A DNA stretch of 35,376 nt, from contig DNLQ01000130.1 in the NCBI GenBank assembly GCA_003488415.1, forward strand, positions 1-35,376, written 5' to 3'. Every line of letters begins with the position of its first letter. Position 1 is the first letter of the stretch. The stretch comes from Ruminococcus sp. Its GTDB lineage: Bacteria; Bacillota; Clostridia; Oscillospirales; Ruminococcaceae. A program made the translations under genes and the position numbers. A model generated the notes under the pieces. It did not search any database, was not told the origin of the DNA, and saw only the letters and a program-made list of their open reading frames with translations. Below are positions 6,866 through 16,154 of this stretch, piece after piece.

Positions 6866-7225
6866 TTACAAGATTTTTAACAATTTTTCCGCAGAAATTT
6901 CTCCGCTTTCTGCCTTTTCGTGATGAAAACGGCATAGTGTTATCAGGTTTTTTTCATCTAAACGCAACTCAAAGTTAGTTTTCAGCGGCCGTATATGATG
7001 CACTGATAGTTCCTCGTTGCAGAGCCGGATCTTTCCGCCTATACCGTGAAGACACGCCTGACAGAGATACTTGTCACGGCGCATGATGTATCCACGCTTT
7101 TCCTTCCACTCATAGCTGCCGCGGAACACATCTGCGCCGGATGAAGCGTTCTTCTCTGCCGGCTTTTTCGCGCAGACTTCGCCGCTGCTGTGGATGCCTC
7201 CGCAGTACGGACATGCCTTCTTCAT
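6866..7225 (-). CDS. HNH endonuclease (terminase-associated)
   Basis: RDKYLCQAC...VHHIRP...NLITLCRFHH upstream of terS. Confidence 0.9.
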   Translation of the reverse strand: MKKACPYCGGIHSSGEVCAKKPAEKNASSGADVFRGSYEWKEKRGYIMRRDKYLCQACLHGIGGKIRLCNEELSVHHIRPLKTNFELRLDEKNLITLCRFHHEKAESGEISAEKLLKIL

Positions 7226-7425
7226 CTGCCGGCGTTCCAGTCTGCTGTCAGCTGCTCAGCGAATCTGTCGAGCATTGCTTCGGGTATCGGACCTGAGGCA
7301 GTGAGAGTGACTGTTCTCCCACTTCGTCCGCAGGAAATGCACTCTATTTTCATGCTCACGCTATTTTTCGCGTACTCTCGTTTCAGCTCTGCAAGTCCTC
7401 CGCAGGTGCATTTGTTTATGTCCAT
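7222..7425 (-). CDS. Small Zn-ribbon protein (Lar-like)
   Basis: CTCGG...CISCG...WN pattern. Confidence 0.5.
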   Translation of the reverse strand: MDINKCTCGGLAELKREYAKNSVSMKIECISCGRSGRTVTLTASGPIPEAMLDRFAEQLTADWNAGR

Positions 7426-7509
7426 ATGATCCCTCCATGTGTATAACAGAAATACCGCCCCAAATGGAACGGTACTCTGTTAGGAAGATATAGTTTCTAT
7501 GTCTGCTGC

Positions 7510-7584
7510 TGGTTGCAGGTGTGGGACTCGAACCCACGACCTCAAGGTTATGAGCCTTGCGAACTGCCGCTGTTCCAACCTGCC
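7510..7584 (-). tRNA. tRNA-Met(CAT), initiator-like
   Basis: Cloverleaf: acceptor GGCAGGT/ACCTGCA, D stem GAAC/GTTC, anticodon stem CAAGG/CCTTG with loop CTCATAA, T arm GTGGG-TTCGAGT-CCCAC, encoded CCA. Confidence 0.9.
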
Positions 7585-7711
7585 AGAAGTCTGCCGTCAC
7601 CGGCAGATAAAATAAGATCATGATGTGTAGAACAAAAGAAAGGAGACAGAGAGCAGGCTGAGCGGAAGGAAATTCCTAAGCTCCCGGCTCTTGCCTGATC
7701 TCTATGTATAC

Positions 7712-7749
7712 AGCATATCACATAAGGAAAGGACATTTCAAGACATTTC
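7712..7749 (-). promoter_or_regulatory. Putative activator-dependent late promoter
   Basis: Tandem GAAATGTC repeats (7732-7739, 7742-7749) at the end of the activator gene, then TG-A-TATGCT; no good -35. Confidence 0.45.
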
Positions 7750-8166
7750 GGTACATAGTTTCTGTATTGCTTTCTTGACCTTGCTCTTCACAGTGTTCGG
7801 ATGATAGTTCATTATCTCCGCGGTCTGCTCGATAGTGTGAAACAGAATATATCTGTGTATCAGAACAGCTTCAAGGTCATCGTCGTGAAGTCCGGAGATG
7901 ATCGTCTGTATCTCTGCCAAGACGTTCACTGCCTCAACTCTCTGGGCATCCGCTTTTCTCTCCATTTCCGCAAGCTTCATGAGAGCGTTTTCCGTGCCGT
8001 TTTCGGCGCCGTCGCTCCTGCCCTTGTCATTGCCCTCCGAGCATCGTGAAAGCCCCTCAGCGCGTTCTCTGCACTGCCTGACGAGCATTTCCAGTGCCTT
8101 TGCTTTCTTGTCCGCGTAGAAGGCACGGTTCAGCCAGTGCCTTGTGGTCAGTTCAGTCTCCGTCAT
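7738..8166 (-). CDS. Late transcription activator, RinA/ArpU-like
   Basis: Coiled coil plus C-terminal HTH (VLIHRYI...EQTAEIMNYH); last early gene before packaging module. Confidence 0.7.
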   Translation of the reverse strand: MTETELTTRHWLNRAFYADKKAKALEMLVRQCRERAEGLSRCSEGNDKGRSDGAENGTENALMKLAEMERKADAQRVEAVNVLAEIQTIISGLHDDDLEAVLIHRYILFHTIEQTAEIMNYHPNTVKSKVKKAIQKLCTEMS

Positions 8167-8363
8167 CGCTTCTCTCCCAGCGCCTTCACTATCCTGTCGT
8201 AGACCTCATCCGCAGCCTTGGTCTGCTTGTAGTTCACATACAGCGCCCCGGTTATGAGCGGCTGAATGTCACGCAGCAGCTCCTTCAGCTTCCGGTTCTC
8301 CTCTTCTGATGCATCGAGCCTCTTTTGCAGGCTCGCCATGTAGAGCATGTCAGTGTCACTCAT
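8163..8363 (-). CDS. Hypothetical protein
   Basis: Coupled ORF in early operon. Confidence 0.6.
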   Translation of the reverse strand: MSDTDMLYMASLQKRLDASEEENRKLKELLRDIQPLITGALYVNYKQTKAADEVYDRIVKALGEKR

Positions 8364-8655
8364 TATCTCTTACCTCCTCACTAAGACTGCCTTTACCGCA
8401 ATAAAAATTCGGCTTGACCTCAGCAAACTGCAATGTCTTATTTTCTATGTAACACATAGGACAGTCGTAACGGTTGAGCTTTACACAATCTTTGCATCGC
8501 ACAATCTCGATGCCCTTGTTTTTCTTCATCAGTCTGTCCCTTTCTTTTTCGAGCTGCCTAACAGATCCTATTAACTCGGCGGCTCTCTTTGTGTACTGTG
8601 TAATCAGTGCAAGATTCTCATCAATCAGCTTTTCTACTTCCTGCAAGCGTGTCAC
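8356..8655 (-). CDS. Hypothetical phage protein (VRCKDC motif)
   Basis: IVRCKDC...C...FYCGKG; RBS AAGGAGG. Confidence 0.65.
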   Translation of the reverse strand: MTRLQEVEKLIDENLALITQYTKRAAELIGSVRQLEKERDRLMKKNKGIEIVRCKDCVKLNRYDCPMCYIENKTLQFAEVKPNFYCGKGSLSEEVRDNE

Positions 8656-8800
8656 TTTCTTTTACCTCCTTCATGATCTCCCGTATCTCCTCCGCACTCA
8701 GCTCCCGGCAGTCCGTGCCTGTCCTCATCACAGACAGCGGACAGCTCAGGCAATGTATTTGCTGAGAGCAGATGTTTTCACGGCACAGCAGTTCTTTCAC
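8621..8800 (-). CDS. 59-aa Cys-rich hypothetical protein (missed by ORF track)
   Basis: GTG overlaps the replication gene stop; MKELLCRENICSQQIHCLSCPLS... Confidence 0.5.
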   Translation of the reverse strand: MKELLCRENICSQQIHCLSCPLSVMRTGTDCRELSAEEIREIMKEVKESDTLAGSRKAD

Positions 8801-9561
8801 CGCGCTTTCTCCTTCCCGAATCTGTTGATAACGAACTTGTACTTATCAACATCGAAAGCATCTGGATCATTTTTTTGAACTCCGTCCTTATCGAGCCAGA
8901 CAAGAAGCTCAGCATAGCAGTCCTTGTACTCTCGGCTTTGGGATGCCAAATAATTATCCATACGATCAATGTACCTCTCAGCTGTTTTCTTCCCGTAATC
9001 GTTAATTAATTTGTCGTACTCCTCGGTTTTCAACAATACTTTTCCATTTCTGCCGTAGGTTGTTTTGTTGTATTTAAAACTGTCTTTAATATTTTCTTTA
9101 ATATTGTCTTTATATGTAGGGTTACCATTTTTGGTAATAGTAGGGTTACCATTTTTGGTAATAGTAGAGTTACCATTTTTGGTAATAGTAAGGTTACCAT
9201 TTTTGGTAACGGTTACCATTTTTGGTAATAGTAATTCTGTACAACTTTCAACAGCCCATTCTTCATAATCTTTCACAATGGAAATAGTCTGAGGTTTAAC
9301 ACCTTCACTTGATCTCAGTTCTATCAGATTCAGTGCTGAAAGCTTTTTTAATGCCCTTGAAATATGCACAGATCTTGTCCCTACAGCACTTGCAATCTCT
9401 GAAAGTGATATCTCTGCATAACTTCTGTTGAACCCATAAGTCCTGCGGATAATGTACAGCAATATCCGCATTTCATTGCCTGAGATATTAAGCCTGCATA
9501 TTGCTTCGAGCAACTCGTTTGCTATCTTGGTATATCCGTTCTTTAACTGCGGATTAGCCAC
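8797..9561 (-). CDS. Replication initiator, lambda O-like N-terminal domain
   Basis: NGYTKIANELLEA...RRTYGF; internal TITKNGN repeats. Confidence 0.85.
   Translation of the reverse strand: MANPQLKNGYTKIANELLEAICRLNISGNEMRILLYIIRRTYGFNRSYAEISLSEIASAVGTRSVHISRALKKLSALNLIELRSSEGVKPQTISIVKDYEEWAVESCTELLLPKMVTVTKNGNLTITKNGNSTITKNGNPTITKNGNPTYKDNIKENIKDSFKYNKTTYGRNGKVLLKTEEYDKLINDYGKKTAERYIDRMDNYLASQSREYKDCYAELLVWLDKDGVQKNDPDAFDVDKYKFVINRFGKEKAR
9119..9233. repeat. Replication origin iterons (5 copies)
   Basis: GTTACCATTTTTGGTAA palindromic units, mostly 24-bp period, next to an AT-rich tract. Confidence 0.85.
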
Positions 9562-9675
9562 ATTATCACCTCGATCAATTCTGCAAAAGGACGGACTATG
9601 CCGCCCTTTACAGAAAACGTTATCATTCTACTATGATCACTTCGCCAGCTTCTACAAGATCAGTAAGTGCATTTT

Positions 9676-10137
9676 TCAGAACGGCACATCCCCGTCCGAG
9701 AGGATCTCATCGAACTCGCTGAGATTGCCGTATGAAAGACCGGAATCATCACCTGCCGGCTGAGCCGCAGGCTGTGCGGTCTGCGTATTCTGAGTATTAC
9801 TGCTGCTGTCATTCTTTCCGCCGCAGAATTCCACATTGTCAACGTATACTTCTGTAGTGTAATGAGTTACATCTGAATGGTTCTTGTCGGTGTAGCTTCC
9901 GGAACGCAGATTGCCTTCCAGAGCGATCATCTTGCCCTTATTGAAGTAGCGCGAAACGAATTCCGCAGTCTGTCTCCAGGCAACACAGGTGATGAAATCC
10001 GCCTGCCGCTCGCCGGTGTTCTTGTCCGCGAATCTCCTGTCTACAGCGACTGTGAATCTGCATGATGAAACTCCACTCTGAGTCTGCCTCAGTACCGGAT
10101 CAGCTGTCAGCCTGCCCGTCAGTATCACTTTGTTCAC
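9676..10137 (-). CDS. ssb: Single-stranded DNA-binding protein
   Basis: MNKVILTGRLTADP...ADFITCVAW, acidic tail ending DVPF. Confidence 0.95.
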   Translation of the reverse strand: MNKVILTGRLTADPVLRQTQSGVSSCRFTVAVDRRFADKNTGERQADFITCVAWRQTAEFVSRYFNKGKMIALEGNLRSGSYTDKNHSDVTHYTTEVYVDNVEFCGGKNDSSSNTQNTQTAQPAAQPAGDDSGLSYGNLSEFDEILSDGDVPF

Positions 10138-10372
10138 TCGTTTTCCTCCTTCCTATCATTTTCATCACTGCTGCCTCGAATCTGAAACGCTCATTATCCG
10201 AAAGTATCACTGCACCTATCTTTCGCTTGTAATGCTCGTACAGCGGACGAATATCCGGATGATTCACGTTCAGCTTGTAGCCATATTTGTTGTGCGGAGC
10301 ATAAATCGAGCCGTTATGATTATTCAGTGCTCCGAGCTGCTCAGCGGTCTCCCATGACAGTTTCTTTCCCAT
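10100..10372 (-). CDS. Hypothetical protein
   Basis: Coupled ORF in early operon. Confidence 0.6.
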   Translation of the reverse strand: MGKKLSWETAEQLGALNNHNGSIYAPHNKYGYKLNVNHPDIRPLYEHYKRKIGAVILSDNERFRFEAAVMKMIGRRKTSEQSDTDGQADS

Positions 10373-10376
10373 AGGT

Positions 10377-10934
10377 TCACCTTCTCGGAGCTGTCATTTT
10401 TCTGTAGTTGTGGTAGTAGTAATAGAATACTTCCAGGATCTTCAGGGCCGAACGTTCCCGGTCAGGAGTGAAGACCACGTTGAAGTTGTACCTGTTCCCG
10501 CACTGCCATGCCTGTATCGTCGAGTAGACCGTTGCTCCGATATTCTTCACTTTCCGGTTCTGCTTTTCGGCTGCTGCATCAGATATCTGATAGCCTTTGA
10601 GATATTCCCAGCCTGAGCAGTTTTCAAGCAGCAGCGTGAATTGCCGGGCGTTTTTCGAGATCGTGTCAAATTCCTTTTCGATACGCTCACGATCAGCTGT
10701 GAGGTTGCCGTAAAGTTCGTCGATGTCAGCCTTGCGCTCGATCACACAGGAACGTGAAAAATCCTTTCCGTCAACGGTAAAACTGTAGTCACCGTAATCA
10801 AGCTTCCGGCTCTCGGACATGATCCCAAGAGCCTTGAAAGCATCAATGATATGCCGGTTCTTCTGCTCCCGGCTGTCAGCAATGACAGTGACTTTTTTCA
10901 GGAATTCCTTCTTCTCGTCATTACTCAACCTCAT
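10377..10934 (-). CDS. ERCC4-domain nuclease
   Basis: DSREQ...LDYGDY...IERK motif. Confidence 0.85.
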   Translation of the reverse strand: MRLSNDEKKEFLKKVTVIADSREQKNRHIIDAFKALGIMSESRKLDYGDYSFTVDGKDFSRSCVIERKADIDELYGNLTADRERIEKEFDTISKNARQFTLLLENCSGWEYLKGYQISDAAAEKQNRKVKNIGATVYSTIQAWQCGNRYNFNVVFTPDRERSALKILEVFYYYYHNYRKMTAPRR

Positions 10935-11718
10935 ACACCTCGCAGTCCTCGTGATAATTTCTGGGTGCTGTCAGCACTTTCGTGAACCGGCAATAGCCGC
11001 AGTGTTCGCAGCGCTGAGGTGTGAGCTTTCCTTCCTTTATCTGCTGGAAACGCGGGACAAGGTTCATGACCGTTTCAAGCGAACTGTCAAGATCATCGTC
11101 CGGCACCCAAAGCACATCAAGATCCGGCTCAGCTTCTTTGGTGACAGCTGCTATGTAGAACGGCAGCGTCTTCCCGGTATTCTGCCGGACTATTTCACGA
11201 TATATCGCCCCCTGGATATCATATCCCCAGTAGTTGATGAAGTGCTGACGCTGCTGCTTCTCCGAATTCCAGATGAGCTGGAAGTCCCTCACGCATTTCA
11301 GGTCAACTATGCACTTGTCTGCACAGTAGCTGTCTATCTTGATCTTGAAGGGCACTCCTGCTATCCCTCCGGTCATAATGACCTGCTTGTCTCCGGACAT
11401 AAACTGCATGAACAACTCTGAACGCTCTGCTCTTTGTATCATCTTTTCAGCCTGCCTGTACTGGACTTTCAGCTCTCCGTCCTTCTTGAATATCTCCTTG
11501 TGCTGCGCATTGAAAACGTCAAGCGTCCCCTCAAAGTGAGCATCGATATATGAGCCGACCAGCAGCGCATCCGTGACCTCTCTCTGATATTCGCCGCGTA
11601 TCTCCGCCAGAGCAGCAGCCTCGCATCTCATAAAATTCTTGAACTGTGAGCTGCCCATGTAGAGCAGCTCGTTCTCCGGGGAGAAGTAGTTTTCTGATAT
11701 GAGAGTATGCTTATTCAA
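10921..11718 (-). CDS. PD-(D/E)XK exonuclease, DUF3799/RecE-like
   Basis: ENYFS...YMGSSQFK..CEA; KIKID...IVDLK...YDIQGAIY. Confidence 0.8.
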   Translation of the reverse strand: MNKHTLISENYFSPENELLYMGSSQFKNFMRCEAAALAEIRGEYQREVTDALLVGSYIDAHFEGTLDVFNAQHKEIFKKDGELKVQYRQAEKMIQRAERSELFMQFMSGDKQVIMTGGIAGVPFKIKIDSYCADKCIVDLKCVRDFQLIWNSEKQQRQHFINYWGYDIQGAIYREIVRQNTGKTLPFYIAAVTKEAEPDLDVLWVPDDDLDSSLETVMNLVPRFQQIKEGKLTPQRCEHCGYCRFTKVLTAPRNYHEDCEVYEVE

Positions 11719-13144
11719 GATAAGTCACCTTCATTTCCGTATCATCAGTTGTTCTGGTGGCTATGAACTGTACTCCTTTCTCCCTGCACTTGCTGTACAG
11801 CTTTTCACGGTTCTCAGACGTGAGTTTCTCAGTGCCGTCAATAAGTATGATCTGCAATCCGTTCGGCTTAGAGAGGGCAACATCTACGCAGAGGCTGAGC
11901 TGCTCTCCCTCAGAAAGATTCGACACAGGAAGCCCGTTGATAAGCGGTATTCCGTCCTTGACTGTAAGGCCCTCGATTGGAATATGAGCATTTTCGAGAA
12001 TAGTGCCGGGGAGTGCTCTCGCAAGTTCTATCTTTCTGGTAAACTCCGCGGATACTTCCTGAAGTCTTTCGAGCTTTTCCTGCATCGACTTCATACGGTT
12101 GTATTCGTTAAGGTGACGCTTCATATTTTCGGCGTTGCCGATCTCTGCCTGAAGCTCCGCACAGTCGAGCGGCTGCTTATCGAGGTATTCATCAGCAACA
12201 CTCATATCTGAATCAAGTTTGGTTTTTGCTTCGTTGAAACGGCTCTCTGCAAGTGCTTTCTTATCTTCAAGCTTACCAGCAAGTCCGGCAAGCTTTTCCT
12301 CATTAGCTTTGATCTCTGCTTTCATACGCTCGATGCCTGATAGAAGACTTTCACGTTCAGCTGCTATAGCCTTTTCTTCTGCTGATATCTCTATCATTTT
12401 ATCAGCTTCAATTTTTCTGAGCTTTGCATCATAGCTGCTGCGGAAGAGCTTCGCACGCTCGATGCGGCTGTTGAACTCCTTTATCTGTTCAAGTTTCTTA
12501 TATGCTGCCCCGAGATCGTATTTTTCCCAGGTATCAGCCTGGTAATGCTCGGGAATGTCTTTAGCAATGTCCTCGATGAATGCAGTCTCGTTTCTGATGT
12601 CGCGGTTCACGTTCTGACGTTCTTTGAACCACTCTCCACTTTCGGACTGCATATCACTCAGAACTTCAAGAATGTTCTGTTCGTAGTTCACCCAGGAGGG
12701 GATCTCACCGAAATTCTCGTTGATAAAGTTCAGATCCCAGTCGAACTCAACAAGGTCGAGAATAGCCCTGTTCTTCTCCTTTGTTGTCATAAGGGTGAAT
12801 GCCACTGGATCAAGCTGGAGGGGTGAGAAAAGCTGTTTCAGGAAGCTTTCCGGAGACATTACCTCTCTACCGTTTTCCTTGATAGACTTGTAGTCAGCCT
12901 GTTCGGTGCGCTTGCGGCGGTCAATGCTCAGACCGGTGTCGGTCTCTATGATGATCTCGCCCTCTTTTTCGCCTTCATGAACGATGATGCTGCGGTCAGA
13001 CTGATTAGTCAGTGCATACCTGAAAGCGTCGATAACCGAGGTCTTGCCGACACCGTTCGCCCCGGTTATTTCGACACTGCGGCCGTCAAGCTCTGTCTCT
13101 CTTATACCGAAAAGGTTCTTTATCTTGATTTTTGTGGTTCTCAT
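11711..13144 (-). CDS. SMC/Rad50-like ATPase
   Basis: Walker A GANGVGKTS, coiled coil, LSEGEQ signature, ILIDG. Confidence 0.85.
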   Translation of the reverse strand: MRTTKIKIKNLFGIRETELDGRSVEITGANGVGKTSVIDAFRYALTNQSDRSIIVHEGEKEGEIIIETDTGLSIDRRKRTEQADYKSIKENGREVMSPESFLKQLFSPLQLDPVAFTLMTTKEKNRAILDLVEFDWDLNFINENFGEIPSWVNYEQNILEVLSDMQSESGEWFKERQNVNRDIRNETAFIEDIAKDIPEHYQADTWEKYDLGAAYKKLEQIKEFNSRIERAKLFRSSYDAKLRKIEADKMIEISAEEKAIAAERESLLSGIERMKAEIKANEEKLAGLAGKLEDKKALAESRFNEAKTKLDSDMSVADEYLDKQPLDCAELQAEIGNAENMKRHLNEYNRMKSMQEKLERLQEVSAEFTRKIELARALPGTILENAHIPIEGLTVKDGIPLINGLPVSNLSEGEQLSLCVDVALSKPNGLQIILIDGTEKLTSENREKLYSKCREKGVQFIATRTTDDTEMKVTYLE

Positions 13145-13800
13145 ACTTTATACTCCTCTACATTTGTTACATTAAACGGATCCGGTGCTTTCTGCGGCTG
13201 CGGACGTTCCATGTCCTCAACTTCGCCCTCGACCTGAACTCCCATGAGTATCTCCGGACAGTAAACTCTCGCAAAGAACGCTGCTGCGCGGTAAGCGAGC
13301 ATCAGCTCCGGCATTGTCTGCCATTTACTTGTTTCCTTTCCGTACTTATCTTTCTTGCTATACCAGCCCTCAGCCTTAGCCATTCCGATAGTGACCTCAG
13401 CTCCCTCGATGACTTCACCGTCAGGCTTCGTCACACGCACAAAACAGCCTCTTGTATCGGTCCCACGCTGTCCGGTATAGATCGGTTCGGCATCGCCATA
13501 TTTAGCCTTTATAAAACTCATGCAAGCCTGTCCGCTCCAGGAGGGCTTCCCCTTCACAACGTAAAGGTTCTGCATTACCATGAGCGGTGTGACGCCCATG
13601 CGCTCTGCCATATCGACAGCTATCGCGCAGTCCTCTGTCTTGCCCTGGTATTGCTGAGGTACCAGGGACGACTTGGCAAACACGCTTGCCAGTTTGTAGC
13701 TTTCACGGAAGCTCTCGATGAAGCCTCCGCTCGGCTTTGCCATTACTTCATTCAGCTGCTCCGGCTGCACTGTCAGCGCGGTCTCTTTGTTTTCACACAT
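13141..13800 (-). CDS. RecT-like single-strand annealing protein
   Basis: LVPQQYQGK..DC..A..MA..MG..P..VMQNL...WQTMPELMLAYRAAAFFAR. Confidence 0.75.
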   Translation of the reverse strand: MCENKETALTVQPEQLNEVMAKPSGGFIESFRESYKLASVFAKSSLVPQQYQGKTEDCAIAVDMAERMGVTPLMVMQNLYVVKGKPSWSGQACMSFIKAKYGDAEPIYTGQRGTDTRGCFVRVTKPDGEVIEGAEVTIGMAKAEGWYSKKDKYGKETSKWQTMPELMLAYRAAAFFARVYCPEILMGVQVEGEVEDMERPQPQKAPDPFNVTNVEEYKV

Positions 13801-13801
13801 C

Positions 13802-13888
13802 TTGACTTTTCTTCCTTTCTGTGATATTATATTGGTGGTATATAGTTTGCGGGACTTCCCGCTCGCTCCCTTCGGGGAGCTTTTTTCT
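13802..13888 (+). ncRNA. Candidate antisense small RNA with own promoter and terminator
   Basis: TTGACT-17nt-TATTAT (13802-13830), hairpins GCGGGA/TCCCGC and GCTCCC-TTCG-GGGAGC followed by a T-run. Confidence 0.5.
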
Positions 13889-14185
13889 TTATGCGAACAT
13901 TCTCTTCAATGCGTCAGCTGCATCTTCCGGCACATCGGTGAAGTCATCTTCATCCACGCCCACGATCAGAGCAGGACCTACGATGTCGATACCTGCGAAA
14001 GCTGATGCTATCGGGTTCGGTGCCATTCCGCGGAGCCTGCCTTCTTCGTTGACGATCATCACTGCTTCGCCGGGGACGATACCGATCGTCTCGATGTGTC
14101 CGTCAACAGCTTTCTGCAAGGCTTCCAGAGTGTTATCTATCTCGATCTCGCTGACGCTGTGTCCTTCAAGTTTAAGTGCTTTCAT
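13889..14185 (-). CDS. DUF3846-like protein
   Basis: NTLEALQKAVDGHIE...VNEEG...N...IVG. Confidence 0.75.
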   Translation of the reverse strand: MKALKLEGHSVSEIEIDNTLEALQKAVDGHIETIGIVPGEAVMIVNEEGRLRGMAPNPIASAFAGIDIVGPALIVGVDEDDFTDVPEDAADALKRMFA

Positions 14186-14625
14186 TATATTCCTCCTAAC
14201 ATATCCCAGAGCTGCTGATACAGGTCAGTTTTTCTCATATCCAGCTGATACTGCTGACGGCTGATGTCGTCGAGTTCAGCCCTGATAACCGCAACTGCGT
14301 CTGATACTGTTATTCTCTTCTGCGGTGCCGGTATGATCTCCGGCTTCTTATAGACTTTCTTCGGCTTCTCTATCTGCTGCCCTTTGCTCAGAGCCGCATC
14401 AAAATCCTTGACAGCTTCGACAGCCGCATCGACAGTCTCCTTTTTCTTCAGCTGTCCCCTCAGATGATTGAAGCACCTGTTGTCTATTCCGTTCGAGGTA
14501 AGTATGCCTATGATCCGCTCGACCGGACAGGCGTTGAGTTCTGCAAGGATCTGGACCTGTCCGCCCTTATCCTTCGCCTGACGGTATCTCATTACTATCT
14601 CTTCATTGGTCATTGCCAGTCCCAT
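14185..14625 (-). CDS. Hypothetical phage protein
   Basis: MTNEEIVMRYRQAK...QVQILAELN; RBS GGAGG. Confidence 0.65.
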   Translation of the reverse strand: MGLAMTNEEIVMRYRQAKDKGGQVQILAELNACPVERIIGILTSNGIDNRCFNHLRGQLKKKETVDAAVEAVKDFDAALSKGQQIEKPKKVYKKPEIIPAPQKRITVSDAVAVIRAELDDISRQQYQLDMRKTDLYQQLWDMLGGI

Positions 14626-14889
14626 TCAATTCACCTCCTCCAGCTCCCTCCGGAGCATTGATATCATTTTCTCAGCGTGAATGTAATCTGCTGAGTCCTC
14701 GCTGCCGCGGAGCCATTCGAGTTCCATTTCCCACTGTCCAAGCCTCCGCAGCAGCTTACGTCTGCACTTAGCCTCCGGGCTGAATTCTCCCGTCCCGTCA
14801 CACCAGTGCATGAACGGCACCAAAATGTTCGGCAGGACTATGAAGGTCAGTGGGGCGACTATGAGGATAATTCCGAGTTCGTACATCAC
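14626..14889 (-). CDS. Hypothetical membrane protein
   Basis: N-terminal hydrophobic helix; coupled ORF. Confidence 0.6.
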   Translation of the reverse strand: MMYELGIILIVAPLTFIVLPNILVPFMHWCDGTGEFSPEAKCRRKLLRRLGQWEMELEWLRGSEDSADYIHAEKMISMLRRELEEVN

Positions 14890-15128
14890 GTCAGCTCCAT
14901 AAGTGAGGTCATGAACTTCGCCCGGTCAATCCGGAAGTAGTCGCATATCATCCTCACTTCCCTCAGCGTCAGCATTTCAGGATCGCGCAGACGGGCTGCA
15001 TATGTAACTCCGCTGCGTCCGATAAGCTTTCCCATTTCATCGTTAGTCCGCTTCCCCTGCACCTTTTCCAGATTGCTCCGCAGACGCTCGACTTCCCTCT
15101 GATGCTCAGTCAATACTACCTTCGGCAT
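14886..15128 (-). CDS. HTH DNA-binding protein
   Basis: EMGKLIGRSGVTYAARLRDP..LTLREV; RBS GGAGGTGA. Confidence 0.7.
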   Translation of the reverse strand: MPKVVLTEHQREVERLRSNLEKVQGKRTNDEMGKLIGRSGVTYAARLRDPEMLTLREVRMICDYFRIDRAKFMTSLMELT

Positions 15129-15132
15129 AAAC

Positions 15133-15234
15133 TCACCTCCCTCTGTCGTCGTTTTCGGTTGTCAGTATTCCTATGATCTCAAGGCTGAGTATGATCTGGA
15201 TCACGTCCAGTATGATGTCTATGATCTGTTTCAT
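15133..15234 (-). CDS. 33-aa hydrophobic peptide (missed by ORF track)
   Basis: MKQIIDIILDVIQIILSLEIIGILTTENDDRGR; RBS AAAGGAG; ATGA overlap with cro-like gene. Confidence 0.55.
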   Translation of the reverse strand: MKQIIDIILDVIQIILSLEIIGILTTENDDRGR

Positions 15235-15443
15235 GTGCTTGCTCCTTTCTGACCGAAGACCAGCTCTTCGCATGTTGTGCCGAGACGCTTCGCAAGCTCC
15301 ACGCCTGTTACGATCGTCGGCAGTTTCAGTCCTTTTTCGTACTGGGCAACCATGGCCTGTGAGATATCGACCATTGCGGCGAGCTCAGCCTGTGTGATGC
15401 CCTTTGCCTTTCTGAGGCACTTTACGTTTTCTGCGAATGACAT
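15231..15443 (-). CDS. Cro-like XRE HTH regulator
   Basis: LRKAKGITQAELAAMVDISQAMVAQYEKG. Confidence 0.9.
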   Translation of the reverse strand: MSFAENVKCLRKAKGITQAELAAMVDISQAMVAQYEKGLKLPTIVTGVELAKRLGTTCEELVFGQKGAST

Positions 15444-15472
15444 TTTATCACCTCCTTTTTAAAACTCAGCTA

Positions 15473-15501
15473 TTGACATAATGTATAAAAAGTCGTATAA
15501 T
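15473..15501 (+). promoter_or_regulatory. Consensus sigma-A promoter toward the DUF2513 gene
   Basis: TTGACA-17nt-TATAAT. Confidence 0.75.
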
Positions 15502-15587
15502 AAGACTAAGAATATTTATATTACCCTATAGAATCACACTGCTCTCAAACTATAGGATAACTGTACCCTGTTCAATAGCTTGATTAT

Positions 15588-15639
15588 ATTATAGTCTGAT
15601 TTTTGTCAGAAGTCAACACTATTTCCGATTTTTATCAGA
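15588..15639 (-). promoter_or_regulatory. Early lytic promoter with two operator palindromes
   Basis: TTGACT-17nt-TATAAT (15588-15616); TCYGATTTTTRTCAGA at 15595-15610 and 15624-15639. Confidence 0.75.
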
Positions 15640-15748
15640 TTTCGGCTGTTTGCACTATTTTATACATACAAAACTAATAGTTTTTCACAAAATTTTAGGA
15701 GGATAAAAAATAAAAGCCGCTCAGTGATCTGAGCGGAAAGGAGATAAA

Positions 15749-16150
15749 ATGAAGTTAGAATATGATTGCGTGCGGCATGTTTTATTAGTACTTGAAGAAT
15801 TGTGCAGCTTTGATCCGGATTCTTCTTCAGGATACAAGGAAGTTACAGCAGCTGATATTCAAAAAAGCATGCTCAGTATTTCTGGCGCGCCGCATCATGA
15901 AGTGAAGGATATATACTATACTATCCTCAAATTAGATGAGGGTGGCTTCATAACGACAATAGAAATAATTGAAGACGATTTTACGAAGGTAAAAAACGTT
16001 ATCGATATCACATATCAGGGGCACCAGTATCTTGATTCGATCAGGGATGAAAGCATATGGTCTTCAGTCAAGTCTCTATCCCCATCACTTACATTCAGAA
16101 TCATTACTAATATTGCAGAAAAACTGATCATGAAGAAGATCAAGCTATGA
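15749..16150 (+). CDS. DUF2513-like winged-helix protein
   Basis: MKLEYDCVRHVLL..EE...YTILKL.E.G.I...ITYQGHQYLDSIRD..IW. Confidence 0.8.
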   Translation: MKLEYDCVRHVLLVLEELCSFDPDSSSGYKEVTAADIQKSMLSISGAPHHEVKDIYYTILKLDEGGFITTIEIIEDDFTKVKNVIDITYQGHQYLDSIRDESIWSSVKSLSPSLTFRIITNIAEKLIMKKIKL

Positions 16151-16154
16151 GCCG

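Noticed and set aside
9119..9233. CRISPR-like repeat array
   Set aside because: Spacers are only a few nt, the repeats lie in frame within the initiator gene, and there are no cas genes; fits iterons
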